Source: Mytilus trossulus (Eukaryota). From it: a DNA stretch of 64,000 bases. Shown one piece after another: positions 52,454 through 64,000 of the stretch (positions within the stretch are counted from its first letter, which is position 1; each line of letters starts with the position of its first letter). Below the pieces are notes generated by a model, which searched no databases, was not told the origin of the DNA, and was given only the letters and a program-made list of their open reading frames with translations. Location: assembly GCF_036588685.1 (NCBI RefSeq), contig NW_026963354.1, positions 124,001 to 188,000 on the forward strand, in the 5' to 3' direction. The translations under genes and the position numbers were made by a program.

Positions 52454-54344
52454 TATATGATCACATATGTTTTTGATTTCATGGATTAACGTTGCAGTCA
52501 ACAAACATTAAAAACAACAAATATAATAAACCCAATCAGTATTTCAAGGTGTATCCCCTTATTTTAAAATGTCGTCTATATCAACTTACCAATTATCTGA
52601 TAAAATATGATTTAGCTGACCATACATAATATAATTGTGTCTCTACAATAAAATAATCTAGTTTCGGTTTATACAGTTCACGGTTCATTGATTAACCTTC
52701 CCTGTTTAAGGTCAAAATATAAACCTTGATAAGGCGGGACGATTCAAATTCAATATACTGGATTAAAAAATTGTATATGGTTAAATATTTATAACCCCTG
52801 GTTCAAATTAAATATCTTATTATGATACGTCAAATATCTGCCCAATCCAGGCTGGATATGGTTCGTTTTTACCATTATTATTTATTTATAAGTTTGCCAT
52901 ATGATTCAAAATTCAATTAAATGTATTTGTCTGGATTTTACTGTTGCAATATGAACTTGCTACAATAATTATACAATATAATATAATTTGCCAATATATA
53001 TACATTATAAAATTAATTGTAACATAAATTAGATTTTTTCCTTTGATGTTTTTATGAAATAATTTGCTTAAAAAGTGTGGTGAGGCAAAATCATGGTATA
53101 TTATATGCAAATTAATGTTGTACCATACTTTGCTAATTAAATATGCACCTCAACAAGTATTCAAAGGGAAAAGGCGGAGCTTCAGCCATGGCCATACCAT
53201 ATTCATGTTCATGTTATTCAATGGCTGAAGCTCCACCTTTTTTTTTTAAATGTATCCGCCTCTTAAATATTTAGGAAACTGTTAAACGTACTAAAAGGTC
53301 AAGATCTTCATTTGTTTTCATTTCATAACAAAAAACAATAAATTATGTGTACCCAAATCTTAAGAAACCTTTTTCAAACTATATAGGATTGTTACGAATT
53401 CCCCTAATTTTGGAAACAATTACTAAATGTTTCTTCTTTAAGTTGTGAAAACAATGAAATTTGAAACTATCATTTCCTTTGCGAAGATCCGATTAAATTT
53501 CGATTTTAAAAGGGGGTACCTATAGAAAAAGGAATAAATATCGGCTACAAATATCTGTTAAAAAACATGATTTTTTTTTTGCGATCAATTAGGGGAACGT
53601 ACACTATCTACGCTCCCTGGATCCGCTACTGTTGAAGTACAGTGTTTTATCATTAAAATTGTGTTTTAATAAATAATCTAATAATCGAATTAATAAAATA
53701 ACGGAAGAAAGCAGTTTGTACGAAAACTAGAAATGTATGACATGTATAAATATGCATTTTTCAATGAGATGAAAATTCTGTAAAATATGATTAATTTGTA
53801 TGATACTTGAAAACAAAAAAAAAACCAATTCTTACCATCATTAGAATAATTATTTAATCCTTGTCCGACGCTGGAATCCGATATTTTTATTTACCTCAGT
53901 CTGATGACATTATGAAGTAGCTTGCGCAAGCAACCATACACGGGGCGCAAAACTAAATAATAATCGGGAAAATCTGACATTTTCTTTCCTTTTTGCAAAT
54001 TCAGGGGTTCTATTACATGAAATACACAGAATATCATACACGAGGCGCAAAGGTGACTTGCGCGAGCTTCCATTTCATTGGATAAAACTGTAACGTGATC
54101 AATTTCCAATATTAGTTGAAGGTCTTGAAGCTGTCAATCATTTTATTTATATTACAAATTTTATATACCATGTGTCTTACTCATTAACATATTTAAACAA
54201 ACTCATCCTTCGGATTCGTTTGTTTAAATATGTTAACTCGTAATAACCATGGTATATATAGTACTTATTACCTAACACATGTCATAGATATTCATATTAA
54301 CTTGAAGCTGCACGAATTTTAAAATTTGCCTGTTTACACACACA

Positions 54345-56958
54345 GGCCGTGTTCACATCGACCTAAATTAGTTGTTGAGTTAGGCAGCAAGTTTTTTTTT
54401 CGCCTTCGGCGAAGAACAATCTATTTTTTTTTAGCGAAAAACCGAAAACAATTTTTTTCTTTCACTTTTATCATTACATATAGTGGCAGCTGTGGGTGAA
54501 ACAAACATTTTTTTTTCTCAGAGTCCAAAACAAATTATTTTTTTCACCTAAAAATGGAAACAAACTTTTTTTTCCAAAAAAAACCCCATAGCCCCCCCCC
54601 CCCCCTCCCAGAAAATCAAATGGTTGCTGCCTTAGTGTTACTACGAATACTTTATTTCTCATAAAACTACAATTACATAGTTATAGAGAACATACATAAA
54701 TATAACTATAAGGTACAATTTTTACAAGCATGTGTGACAATGAAATTAACTTGGAGGACTGACTTTCACATTTATAACCTTGATAAATTTACATAGTTTT
54801 TCTAATATTACAATATTACATGAATTAAACAGTTGATCAAACTTATAGATATTAGGGTTAGACCAGCAGTATGTAGGTAAAATTTTCTTTCTTTCAAACA
54901 TAAAAGATCCACAATTCATAATATAATGGTATTCGTCACCAATGTCGTTTGAGTCACAGAGACGGCAGATTCTGTCTTCTCTCGGTAAACCCTGCCACCT
55001 TCCAGACTCAATCGGCAAGTGGTGACTACCACATCTATATTTGCATAATGTATAAATAAATGTGTAAGGTAAAACAGAAAAATATTTTTCCAATTGAAAA
55101 TTATTTTTAAAAATACGATAGCATAAAGTTTTAGGTGATTCGGCAACAAATGCAAAGCATTCTTGTTGAAACTGATCTTTAAGTTTTTGCTCAATACATT
55201 TTGACACCCATTTATCAGCAAACTGTGCATTCCATATATTGGACATACCACAATTATCAAAAATATTTTTAATATATGATATCCACTTAGTGTTTTTTCC
55301 GTAATCATTATAATATAAAAATACAAGTTTATATAATACAGCACAAATTTTACTTTCTTTTCCATTAAGAAGTCTACTCCAGAAATTAATCATTCGCAGT
55401 TTTACAGACACAGTATTAAAATAGGGTATCTGCCAAGTTCTGCATACACTATGAAATTTGGAGTAGACTGTTTTAAATGTAAAATCATTCTACAAAATTG
55501 TAAATGTACACGTTCAAGAATATCTATATTTTCAAAACCCCATATTTCTGATCCATACTCATAAACTAAACACAATTGCGTTCCCATTGATAAAACTCAA
55601 TGTTTACATGTAGTTTAAATCATGTTTTATCTACACACAGTCGGTAGTCAATGTAGGCCTTGTGTAGGTTAAGTGTACACAAAACTAGGCATTTAGAACA
55701 TTAGTTTTACCGTGTATATATAAGGAGGAACCTTTTTTTGAGTAAAATTGATAATTTTTGATAATTATTAGTACAGTTCTTTACAGAACTTCTTTACAGA
55801 TTTTGTAGTCTAAATAACAGATTTTTTTTTGTTTTAAAAAAATTTAACGTACTTTATTAACCCCTAATCAAGACTCAAAGCAGAATCATTGCCGAACCCA
55901 TAAGGCCGCAACCAATTGATTTTCCGGGGGGAGGGGCTATTGTAGTTAAAAACATGTGAATAAAACATAAAGGCAAGGGGGTGGGATGGTGAGCTATGGA
56001 TTTTGTTTTGGAAACAAAAAATATTTCCAGTTTTTGGCCCTGAAAAAAAAATGTTTGTTTCACCCTCAGATGCCACTATGTAATGCTAAAATTGATTTCG
56101 ACTTGTTACTAAAAATTTTCTGAAAAAAATAAATAGCCCACGCACCCCTCACTTTACACGATTCACGCATAAATGCATGATTAAACAAATTGTGCGGTAA
56201 ATGATATGTTTGTCTAGTATCTCAGATCCGTTAAATAACACATAAAATAAATTATAAAAAAACGTTACCCTATTCCTTTACCAAATACTCCTTGGAGAAG
56301 AAATACCATTTGAAACAAACAGAAAAGATAAAAATGTAGTGATCCCTAATATCTCAATCTTTTTTTTCGGCTGTAAACACGCAGCTAACGTTTTCTAATG
56401 CGGAATCGAGACATCTCTAGTATATTCAAACTACTGCAAATTATGAAAATGGCTTTCATAAAGTAGCAACCACTTAACTTTAAAAAGGGGGAGGGTTTTT
56501 ATTTTTATTTTATCTGAGTCAGATTTTTTTTTCGCGCGTACGTTTTTATTCCTTTTTTTTTTCGATGCTGGTGATCAAATACTTTTTTCAATATTTAACA
56601 CTATAATGTATGGGGAAACTCTTGATTCAGAATATTTTTTTTATCATCTGTATGACCATTTTTTCAGTTTTGTTTTTATCAAATTGGGGATCGGAATATT
56701 TCCATTCTCACCCCTACCCCCTTTTGAAGTCAAATGGTTGTTTCCTTACCGCTAGATAAATTGTCCAAAAATTTTGAATTCAGTTCTACGTAATGAACAT
56801 TCAAATGACATATAGTTTACAAGTGGGAACTAATCTTATGTACAGGTAGCTAAACAAGATGTATAGATGTGAACAAATGTAATGTGAAACCAGTGTACAC
56901 TACACTAAACTAATTGTAAACATGTTTACTCTACACGGCGTTTGGTGTGAACACGGCC
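54345..56958. mobile_element. TIR element (GGCCGTGTTCACA ends, Harbinger-like) containing nested MITEs and a LINE fragment
   Basis: GGCCGTGTTCACA at 54345 is inverted to TGTGAACACGGCC at 56958; TSD not resolved. Confidence 0.5.
54746..55560 (-). mobile_element. LINE ORF2 C-terminal fragment (frameshifted)
   Basis: YGSEIWG..LERVHLQFC..VYAELGRYP / SHHLPIESGRW..RICRLC..GDEYHYIMNC. Confidence 0.85.
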
Positions 56959-56959
56959 T

Positions 56960-57740
56960 GAGACTGTCTTAAAAGAGATTGGTTGGGAAACTTTAGAGGA
57001 ACGAAGAAAAGAAGAAAACTTCAATTATTTTATAAAATTCAGAATAATAATGCCCCTGAATTAACCTTGTGCCTCCTAAAATTCAAAGTAAAACACAATA
57101 TCCCTTGCGAAATGGACAAGATATCATTTTGCCATCTTGCAGGCTGACACTAACTTCCCAATCCTTTATCCCATCAACAATTAAACTTTGGAATAATTTG
57201 AACATATCAGTTCGAAATGTAGACTCGTTATCAAAATTATTATCGTTATCAACATTATATATCTGATCCAACATGTACATGTGGTTTGGATATTGAGGAC
57301 ATGCACCATTTTTTCTTTGATTGTCCTTTCTATCTAAATGAAAGGGCTATACTGTTTAATGGTCTCAGCTGGCTTCCCGAAGGCTGCAATTTGAACTTAA
57401 CACTAGTCTATTGTTTTTGGAAAAGAAACTCTTTCCTATGATCAAAATGTGCAAATTGTTAAACAAGTATTCAATTTTATAAAGAGATCAAAACGATTCC
57501 TCGTAGTATAGTATCAACATACTAGGTAAAACACACATCATCATCATTATCATCATCAACCTAATCTCTGTCGTTCTTTCATCATTCTCTCTACTTTTTT
57601 CAGTATAGATAAGTAATATTTATGTTGTTTATATTATTGTATGATGCATGCTCACGTCTAATTTTTATTGTTATATATATTGTGTCTGATCCTTTTTCGC
57701 TTTGAGCAAATAAAATATGTTTAAACTAAAAAACTAAAAA
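56960..57740 (+). mobile_element. 5'-truncated LINE 3' end (degenerate)
   Basis: EIGWETLEERR..FYKI..N.AP, YPLRN, SFIPSTIKLWNNL, CTCG...EDMHHFFFDCPFY; AATAAA and A-rich tail. Confidence 0.75.
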
Positions 57741-57947
57741 TAGATATTCATTTTACATTCATCTGTACAAATCCTATTATCAATGATAATTCACATCATT
57801 TTCTCTCTACAATACATTACTTCCTTTTGTGTAACTTAAGTTTAATTAAGCCTTGAGCATGTTTCAAATCAGTTGTTGTTTTAACCTCCGCCAAATAGGA
57901 CCGAAATATATCCAATCTCTACTATGTTTCAACAAGTGATCAACAAA

Positions 57948-60900
57948 ATGTTTAAAAACAACAATTTTATTCCAATACTTTTGTTCTTTGCTGTAATAAT
58001 ATTGTTGAAATATCAGAACTACATATCAATGACGGAAATTAGGAATTTAATAAAATGTGTTAAATCCGGTACGTAAAACGGTAATGCATGTTTTATAAGT
58101 GTAATTTTATCTATAACCGAATATAACTCTTTAAAAGTTTTCATTGATTCATTTTTCATAAAAAAGACGAAATGTTGTTACAGTAGACATGACTTATATT
58201 TAGTTGTCTATAAAATAGGAAATGTTGTTACAGTAGACATGACTTATATTTAGTTATCTATAAAATAGGAAATGTTGTTACAGTAGACATGACTTATATT
58301 TAGTTGTCTATAAAATAGGAAATGTTGTTACAGTAGACATGACTTATATTTAGTTGTCTATAAGATAGGAAATGTTGTTACAGTAGACATGACTTATATT
58401 TAGTTGTCTATGAAATAGGAAATGGTGTTACAGTAGACATGACTTATATTTAGTTGTCTATAAAATAGGAAATGTTGTCACAGTAGACATGACTTATATT
58501 TAGTTGTCTATAAAATAGGAAATGTTGTTACAGTAGATATGACTTATATTTAGTTGTCTATAAAATACGAAATGTTGTCACAGTAGACATGTTATATATT
58601 TATAGTTGTCTATAAAAGAGGAAATGTTGTTACAGTAGACATGACTTATATTTAGTTGTCTATATGCCTTAAAATAGGAAATGTTGTTACAGTAGACATG
58701 ACTTATATTTAGTTGTCTATAAAATAGGAAATGTTGTTACAGTAGACATGACTTATATTTAGTTGTCTATGAAATAGGAAATGTTGTTACAGTAGACATG
58801 ACTTATATTTAGTTGTCTATAAAATAGGAAATGTTGTTACAGTAGACATGACTTATATTTAGTTGTCTATAGATAGGAAATGTTGTTACAGTAGACATGA
58901 CTTATATTTAGTTGTCTATAAGATACGAAATGTTGTCACAGTAGACATGTTATATATTTATAGTTGTCTATAAAAGAGGAAATGTTGTTACAGTAGACAT
59001 GACTTATATTTGTTTGTCTATAAAATAGGAAATGTTGTTACAGTAGACATGACTTATATTTAGTTGTCTATAAAATAGGAAATGTTGTTACAGTAGACAT
59101 GACTTATATTTAGTTGTCTATAAAATAGGAAATGTTGTTACAGTAGACATGACTTATATTTAGTTGTCTATGAAATAGGAAATGTTGTTACAGTAGACAT
59201 GACTTATATTTGTTTGTCTATAAAATAGGAAATGTTGTTACAGTAGACATGACTTATATTTAGTTTTCTATAAAATAGGAAATGTTGTTACAGTAGACAT
59301 GACTTATATTTAGTTGTCTATAAAATAGGAAATGTTGTTACAGTAGACATGACTTATATTTAGTTGTCTATAAAATAGGAAATGTTGTTACAGTAGACAT
59401 GACTTATATTTAGTTGTCTATAAAATAGGAAATGTTGTTACAGGAGACTTGACTTATATTTAGTTGTCTATAAAATAGGAAATGTTGTTACAGGAGACAT
59501 GACTTATATTTAGTTGTCTATAAAATAGGAAATGTTGTTACAGTAGACATGACTTATATTTAGTTGTCTATGAAATAGGAAATGTTGTTACAGTAGACAT
59601 GACTTATATTTAGTTGTCTATAAAATAGGAAATGTTGTTACAGTAGACATGACTTATATTTAGTTGTCTATGAAATAGGAAATGTTGTTACAGTAGACAT
59701 GACTTATATTTAGTTGTCTATGAAATAGCAAATGTTGTTACAGTAGACTTGACTTATATTTAGTTGTCTATAAAATAGGAAATGTTGTTACAGTAGACAT
59801 GACTTATATTTAGTTGTCTATGAAATAGGAAATGTTGTTACAGTAGACATGACTTATATTTAGTTGTCTATGAAATAGGAAATGTTGTTACAGTAGACAT
59901 GACTTATATTTAGTTGTCTATGAAATAGGAAATGTTGTTACAGTAGACATGACTTATATTTAGTTGTCTATGAAATAGGAAATGTTGTTACAGTAGACAT
60001 GACTTATGTTTAGTTATCTATTAAATAGGAAATGTTGTTACAGTAGACATGACTAATATTTAGTTGTCTATAGAATAGGAAATGTTGTTACAGTAGACAT
60101 GACTTATTTTTAGTTATCTATAAAATAGGAAATGTTGTTACAGTAGACATGACTTATATTTAGTTGTCTATAAAATAGGAAATGTTGTTACAGGAGACTT
60201 GACTTATATTTAGTTGTCTATAAAATACGAAATGTTGTCACAGTAGATTTGACTTATATTTAGTTGTCTATAAAATAGGAAATGTTGTTACAGTAGACAT
60301 GACTTATATTTAGTTGTCTATGAAATAGGAAATGTTGTTACAGTAGACATGACTTATATTTAGTTGTCTATGAAATAGGAAATGTTGTTACAGTAGACAT
60401 GACTTATGTTTAGTTATCTATTAAATAGGAAATGTTGTTACAGTAGACATGACTTATATTTAGTTGTCTATAGAATAGGAAATGTTGTTACAGTAGACAT
60501 GACTTATATTTAGTTATCTATAAAATAGGAAATGTTGTTACAGTAGACATGACTTATATTTAGTTGTCTATAAAATAGGAAATGTTGTTACAGTAGACAT
60601 GACTTATATTTAGTTGTCTATAAAATAGGAAATGTTGTTACAGTAGATATGACTTATATTTAGTTGTCTATAAAATAGGAAATGTTGTTACAGTAGACAT
60701 GACTTATATTTAGTTGTCTATGAAATAGGAAATGTTGTTACAGTAGACATGACTTATATTTAGTTGTCTATAAGATAGGAAATGTTGTTACAGTAGACAT
60801 GACTTATATTTAGTTGTCTATAAAATAGGAAATGTTGTTACAGTAGACATGACTTATATTTAGTTGTCTATAAAATAGGAAATGTTGTTACAGTAGACAT

Positions 60901-63118
60901 GACTTATATTTAGTTGTCTATAAAATAGGAAATGTTGTTACAGTAGACATGACTTATATTTAGTTGTCTATAAAATAGGAAATGTTGTTACAGTAGACAT
61001 GACTTATACTTAGTTGTCTATGAAATAGGAAATGTTGTCACAGTAGATTTGACTTATATTTAGTTGTCTATAAAATAGGAAATGTTGTTACAGTAGACAT
61101 GACTTATATTTAGTTGTCTATAAAATAGGAAATGTTGTTACAGTAGACATGACTTATATTTAGTTGTCTATAAGATAGGAAATGTTGTTACAGTAGACAT
61201 GACTTATATTTAGTTGTCTATAAAATAGGAAATGTTGTTACAGTAGACATGACTTATATTTAGTTGTCTATAAAATAGGAAATGTTGTTACAGTAGACAT
61301 GACTTATATTTAGTTGTCTATATGCCTTAAAATAGGAAACGTGTTACAGTAGACATGACTTATATTTAGTTGTCTATATGCCTTCAAATAGGAAATGTTG
61401 TCACAGTAGACATGACTTATATTTAGTTGTCTATAAAATAGGAAATGTTGTTACAGTAGACATGACTTATATTTAGTTGTCTATATGTCTTAAAATAGTA
61501 AATGTTGTTACAGTAGACATGACTTATATTTATTTGTCTATAAAATAGGAAATAGTGTTACAGTAGATATGACTTATATTTAGTTGTCTATAAAATAGGA
61601 AATGTTGTTACAGTAGACATGACTTATATTTAGTTGTCTATAAAATAGGAAATGTTGTTACAGTAGACATGACTTATATTTAGTTGTCTATAAAATAGGA
61701 AATGTTGTTACAGTAGACATGACTTATATTTAGTTGTCTATGAAATAGGAAATGTTGTTACAGGAGACTTGACTTATATTTAGTTGTCTATAAAATAGGA
61801 AATGTTGTTACAGTAGATATGACTTATATTTAGTTGTCTATAAAATAGGAAATGTTGTTACAGTAGACATGACTTATATTTAGTTGTCTATAAAATAGGA
61901 AATGTTGTTACAGTAGACATGACTTATATTTAGTTGTCTATAAAATAGGAAATGTTGTTACAGTAGACATGACTTATATTTAGTTGTCTATGAAATAGGA
62001 AATGTTGTTACAGTAGACATGACTTATATTTAGTTGTCTATGAAATAGGAAATGTTGTTACAGTAGACATGACTTATATTTAGTTGTCTATAAAATAGGA
62101 AATGTTGTTACAGTAGACATGACTTATATTTTGTTGTCTATAAAATAGGAAATGTTGTTACAGTAGACATGACTTATATTTAGTTGTCTATAAAATAGGA
62201 AATGTTGTTACAGTAGACATGACTTATATTTAGTTGTCTATAAAATAGGAAATGTTGTTACAGTAGATATGACTTATATTTAGTTGTCTATAAAATAGGA
62301 AATGTTGTTACAGTAGACATGACTTATATTTAGTTGTCTATAAAATAGGAAATGTTGTTACAGTAGACATGACTTATATGTGCTTATATTATCCTCGTCC
62401 TTTGGGTTCTGGTGAATATTTGTCCCAATTACAATCATATAACATTTCAAATACGCTTGAAGTACTCAATCTGTCTTTATACGACTTACACCTTGTTCAC
62501 TTTGATATCAGCTGCAGCATTTCATAAAATATTTCTAAACAACAAATTAATTTAACGCAGACAAAATCACGACCTCTTGCAATGTCTAATGTAGATAAGA
62601 AATGAAAATAAGATAAGTAACTGCAACTTAGCTATATATTTTTTTTGATAACAAAAAATAATTTTAAAATGAACTTTTTGCACAACTGATATAGAGGATG
62701 AGAATAATACAAATAATGTTAAAGAGCTTTGTAATTTAGATTAAATTTTTATATCTTTTAAGCTTACAATCGATATAAGTCAAAATAATGTTTATGTATT
62801 AAGCAGATTTATAATAACGACACCTTCTGTTATATTGTCACTTAGTTTGTGTGTATATATGTAATATTGATGTGAATGTTATTCAAAGGCTATAATATAT
62901 AGTTTGTATAATAATACTTTATTTCCGTAAGCAAATACAGCTTATTGGATTTACACAATATGAATATCCAATAGATAATATATGTATAGACTATGATGAT
63001 AATAAAGATACATTTTATTATTCATATTAACTTTTTCAGGAAAAAGGGTGACAATATCAAAACCAAACTCGTTAGATTCCACCAATCAACAGGATAAAGC
63101 ATTTGAAGAATTGACAAC
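57948..63118 (+). CDS. 5' end of an unidentified signal-anchor/secreted protein gene; exons 57948-58068 and 63040-63118, continuing beyond the window
   Basis: MFKNNNFIPILLFFAVIILLKYQNYISMTEIRNLIKCVKS G|GTACGT (phase 1) joins TTTTTCAG|exon|GTAAGT, whose only open frame is the phase-compatible one: GKRVTISKPNSLDSTNQQDKAFEELT. Confidence 0.5.
58160..62378. repeat. 50-bp satellite (AAATGTTGTTACAGTAGACATGACTTATATTTAGTTGTCTATAAAATAGG), ~84 copies
   Basis: Highly homogeneous tandem array. Confidence 0.95.
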
Positions 63119-63699
63119 GTAAGTTTGAAAAAGGAGATAATATAAAAAAAGATGTGGTATGATTGCCAATGAGACAACTATCCACAAAATACCAAAATGA
63201 CACAAACATTACCAACTATAGGTCACCGTACGGCCTTCAACAATGAGCAAAGCCCATACCGTATAGTCAGCTATAAAAGGCCCCGATAAGACGATGTAAA
63301 ACAATTCAAACGAGAAAAGTAACGGCCTTATTTATGTAAAAAAATGAACGAAAAACAAATATGTAACACATAAACAAACGACAACCACTGAATTACAGGC
63401 TCCTGACTTGGTAGGTATGATTGTCAATGAGTCAACCCCGTCTGGAAATCAAAAACATATCATGTAGGGGGCAAAAAATAACTTCAAAATATTATAACAT
63501 AAGGGATACTTAAATTCTTGATCAGTCCATGAATACTGGCGCATGTGCACAATGTGGAATACTTGACATGCCCGCGTTCATGACATGGCATGTCGTTTGT
63601 TGGTTTTTGTTTTTAGTCATGGAATTGTCAGTTTTTCTTCAACTTATAAGTTTGAATGTCCCTTTGGTGTCTTCCGACTCTTTTGTTCTATACCCAAAT

Positions 63700-64000
63700 T
63701 ATGGCCTTATGTCCTACTTGGAGGGGGGAAGTGAAGAGGATAAGTAAGTTCCCAATGGCCTTATGCCCCAATGGGGATTAGAGGATAAGTAAGATCCCAA
63801 ATGGCCTTATGTCCCACTGGGGATGAAGAGGATAAGTAAGATTCCAATGGCCATGTGTCCCGCTGGGGGGGTGAAGGGGATGTGTAAGATCCGCATGGCG
63901 TTATGTCCCACTGGGGATGAAGGATATAAGTAAGATCCCAATAACCTTATGTCCCGCTGGGGATGAAGGGGATAACTAAGATCCCAATGGCATTATGTCC
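63700..64000. repeat. ~46-bp minisatellite (GATCCCAATGGCCTTATGTCCCACTGGGGATGAAGAGGATAAGTAA)
   Basis: At least 6 tandem copies running off the window end. Confidence 0.85.

Noticed and set aside
53826-53845. ATGATG|GTAAG as an alternative HSPA12 start exon
   Set aside because: The 48172-48141 exon has a better-defined acceptor, donor and upstream in-frame stop. This site may be a non-coding exon end but cannot be supported.
58160-62378. CRISPR-like appearance of the regular arrays
   Set aside because: No unique spacers and no cas genes; eukaryotic context.

Overview
AT-rich, intron-rich eukaryotic DNA; its repeat families and the HSPA12 gene resemble a bivalve such as Mytilus (inference). 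The supplied ORF track is mostly noise, so I rebuilt the genes by hand from splice sites. (1) Three tandem, same-strand, intact 5-exon LIM-LIM-homeodomain genes of the Arrowhead/Lhx6-8 type lie on the minus strand (3308-11261, 20974-23082, 32139-34288). All three share an N-terminal FEDSGNFTF motif that resembles a beta-TrCP degron, a shortened LIM1-LIM2 linker and a 3'UTR Pumilio site; copies B and C also share a promoter rich in homeodomain sites. (2) An intact HSPA12-type Hsp70 (about 596 aa, 38559-48155, minus) has a 32-nt start exon whose 5' splice junction appears to have been amplified into a 28-bp satellite of about 95 copies. (3) Partial plus-strand genes lie at both ends of the window. 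(4) The mobile landscape is dense: LINE and Penelope fragments, SINEs, MITEs, Helentron-type elements, a CAC...GTG TIR element carrying a type I hammerhead/retrozyme-like unit, a second degenerate hammerhead and many minisatellites. All calls were made by eye; no database search was run.
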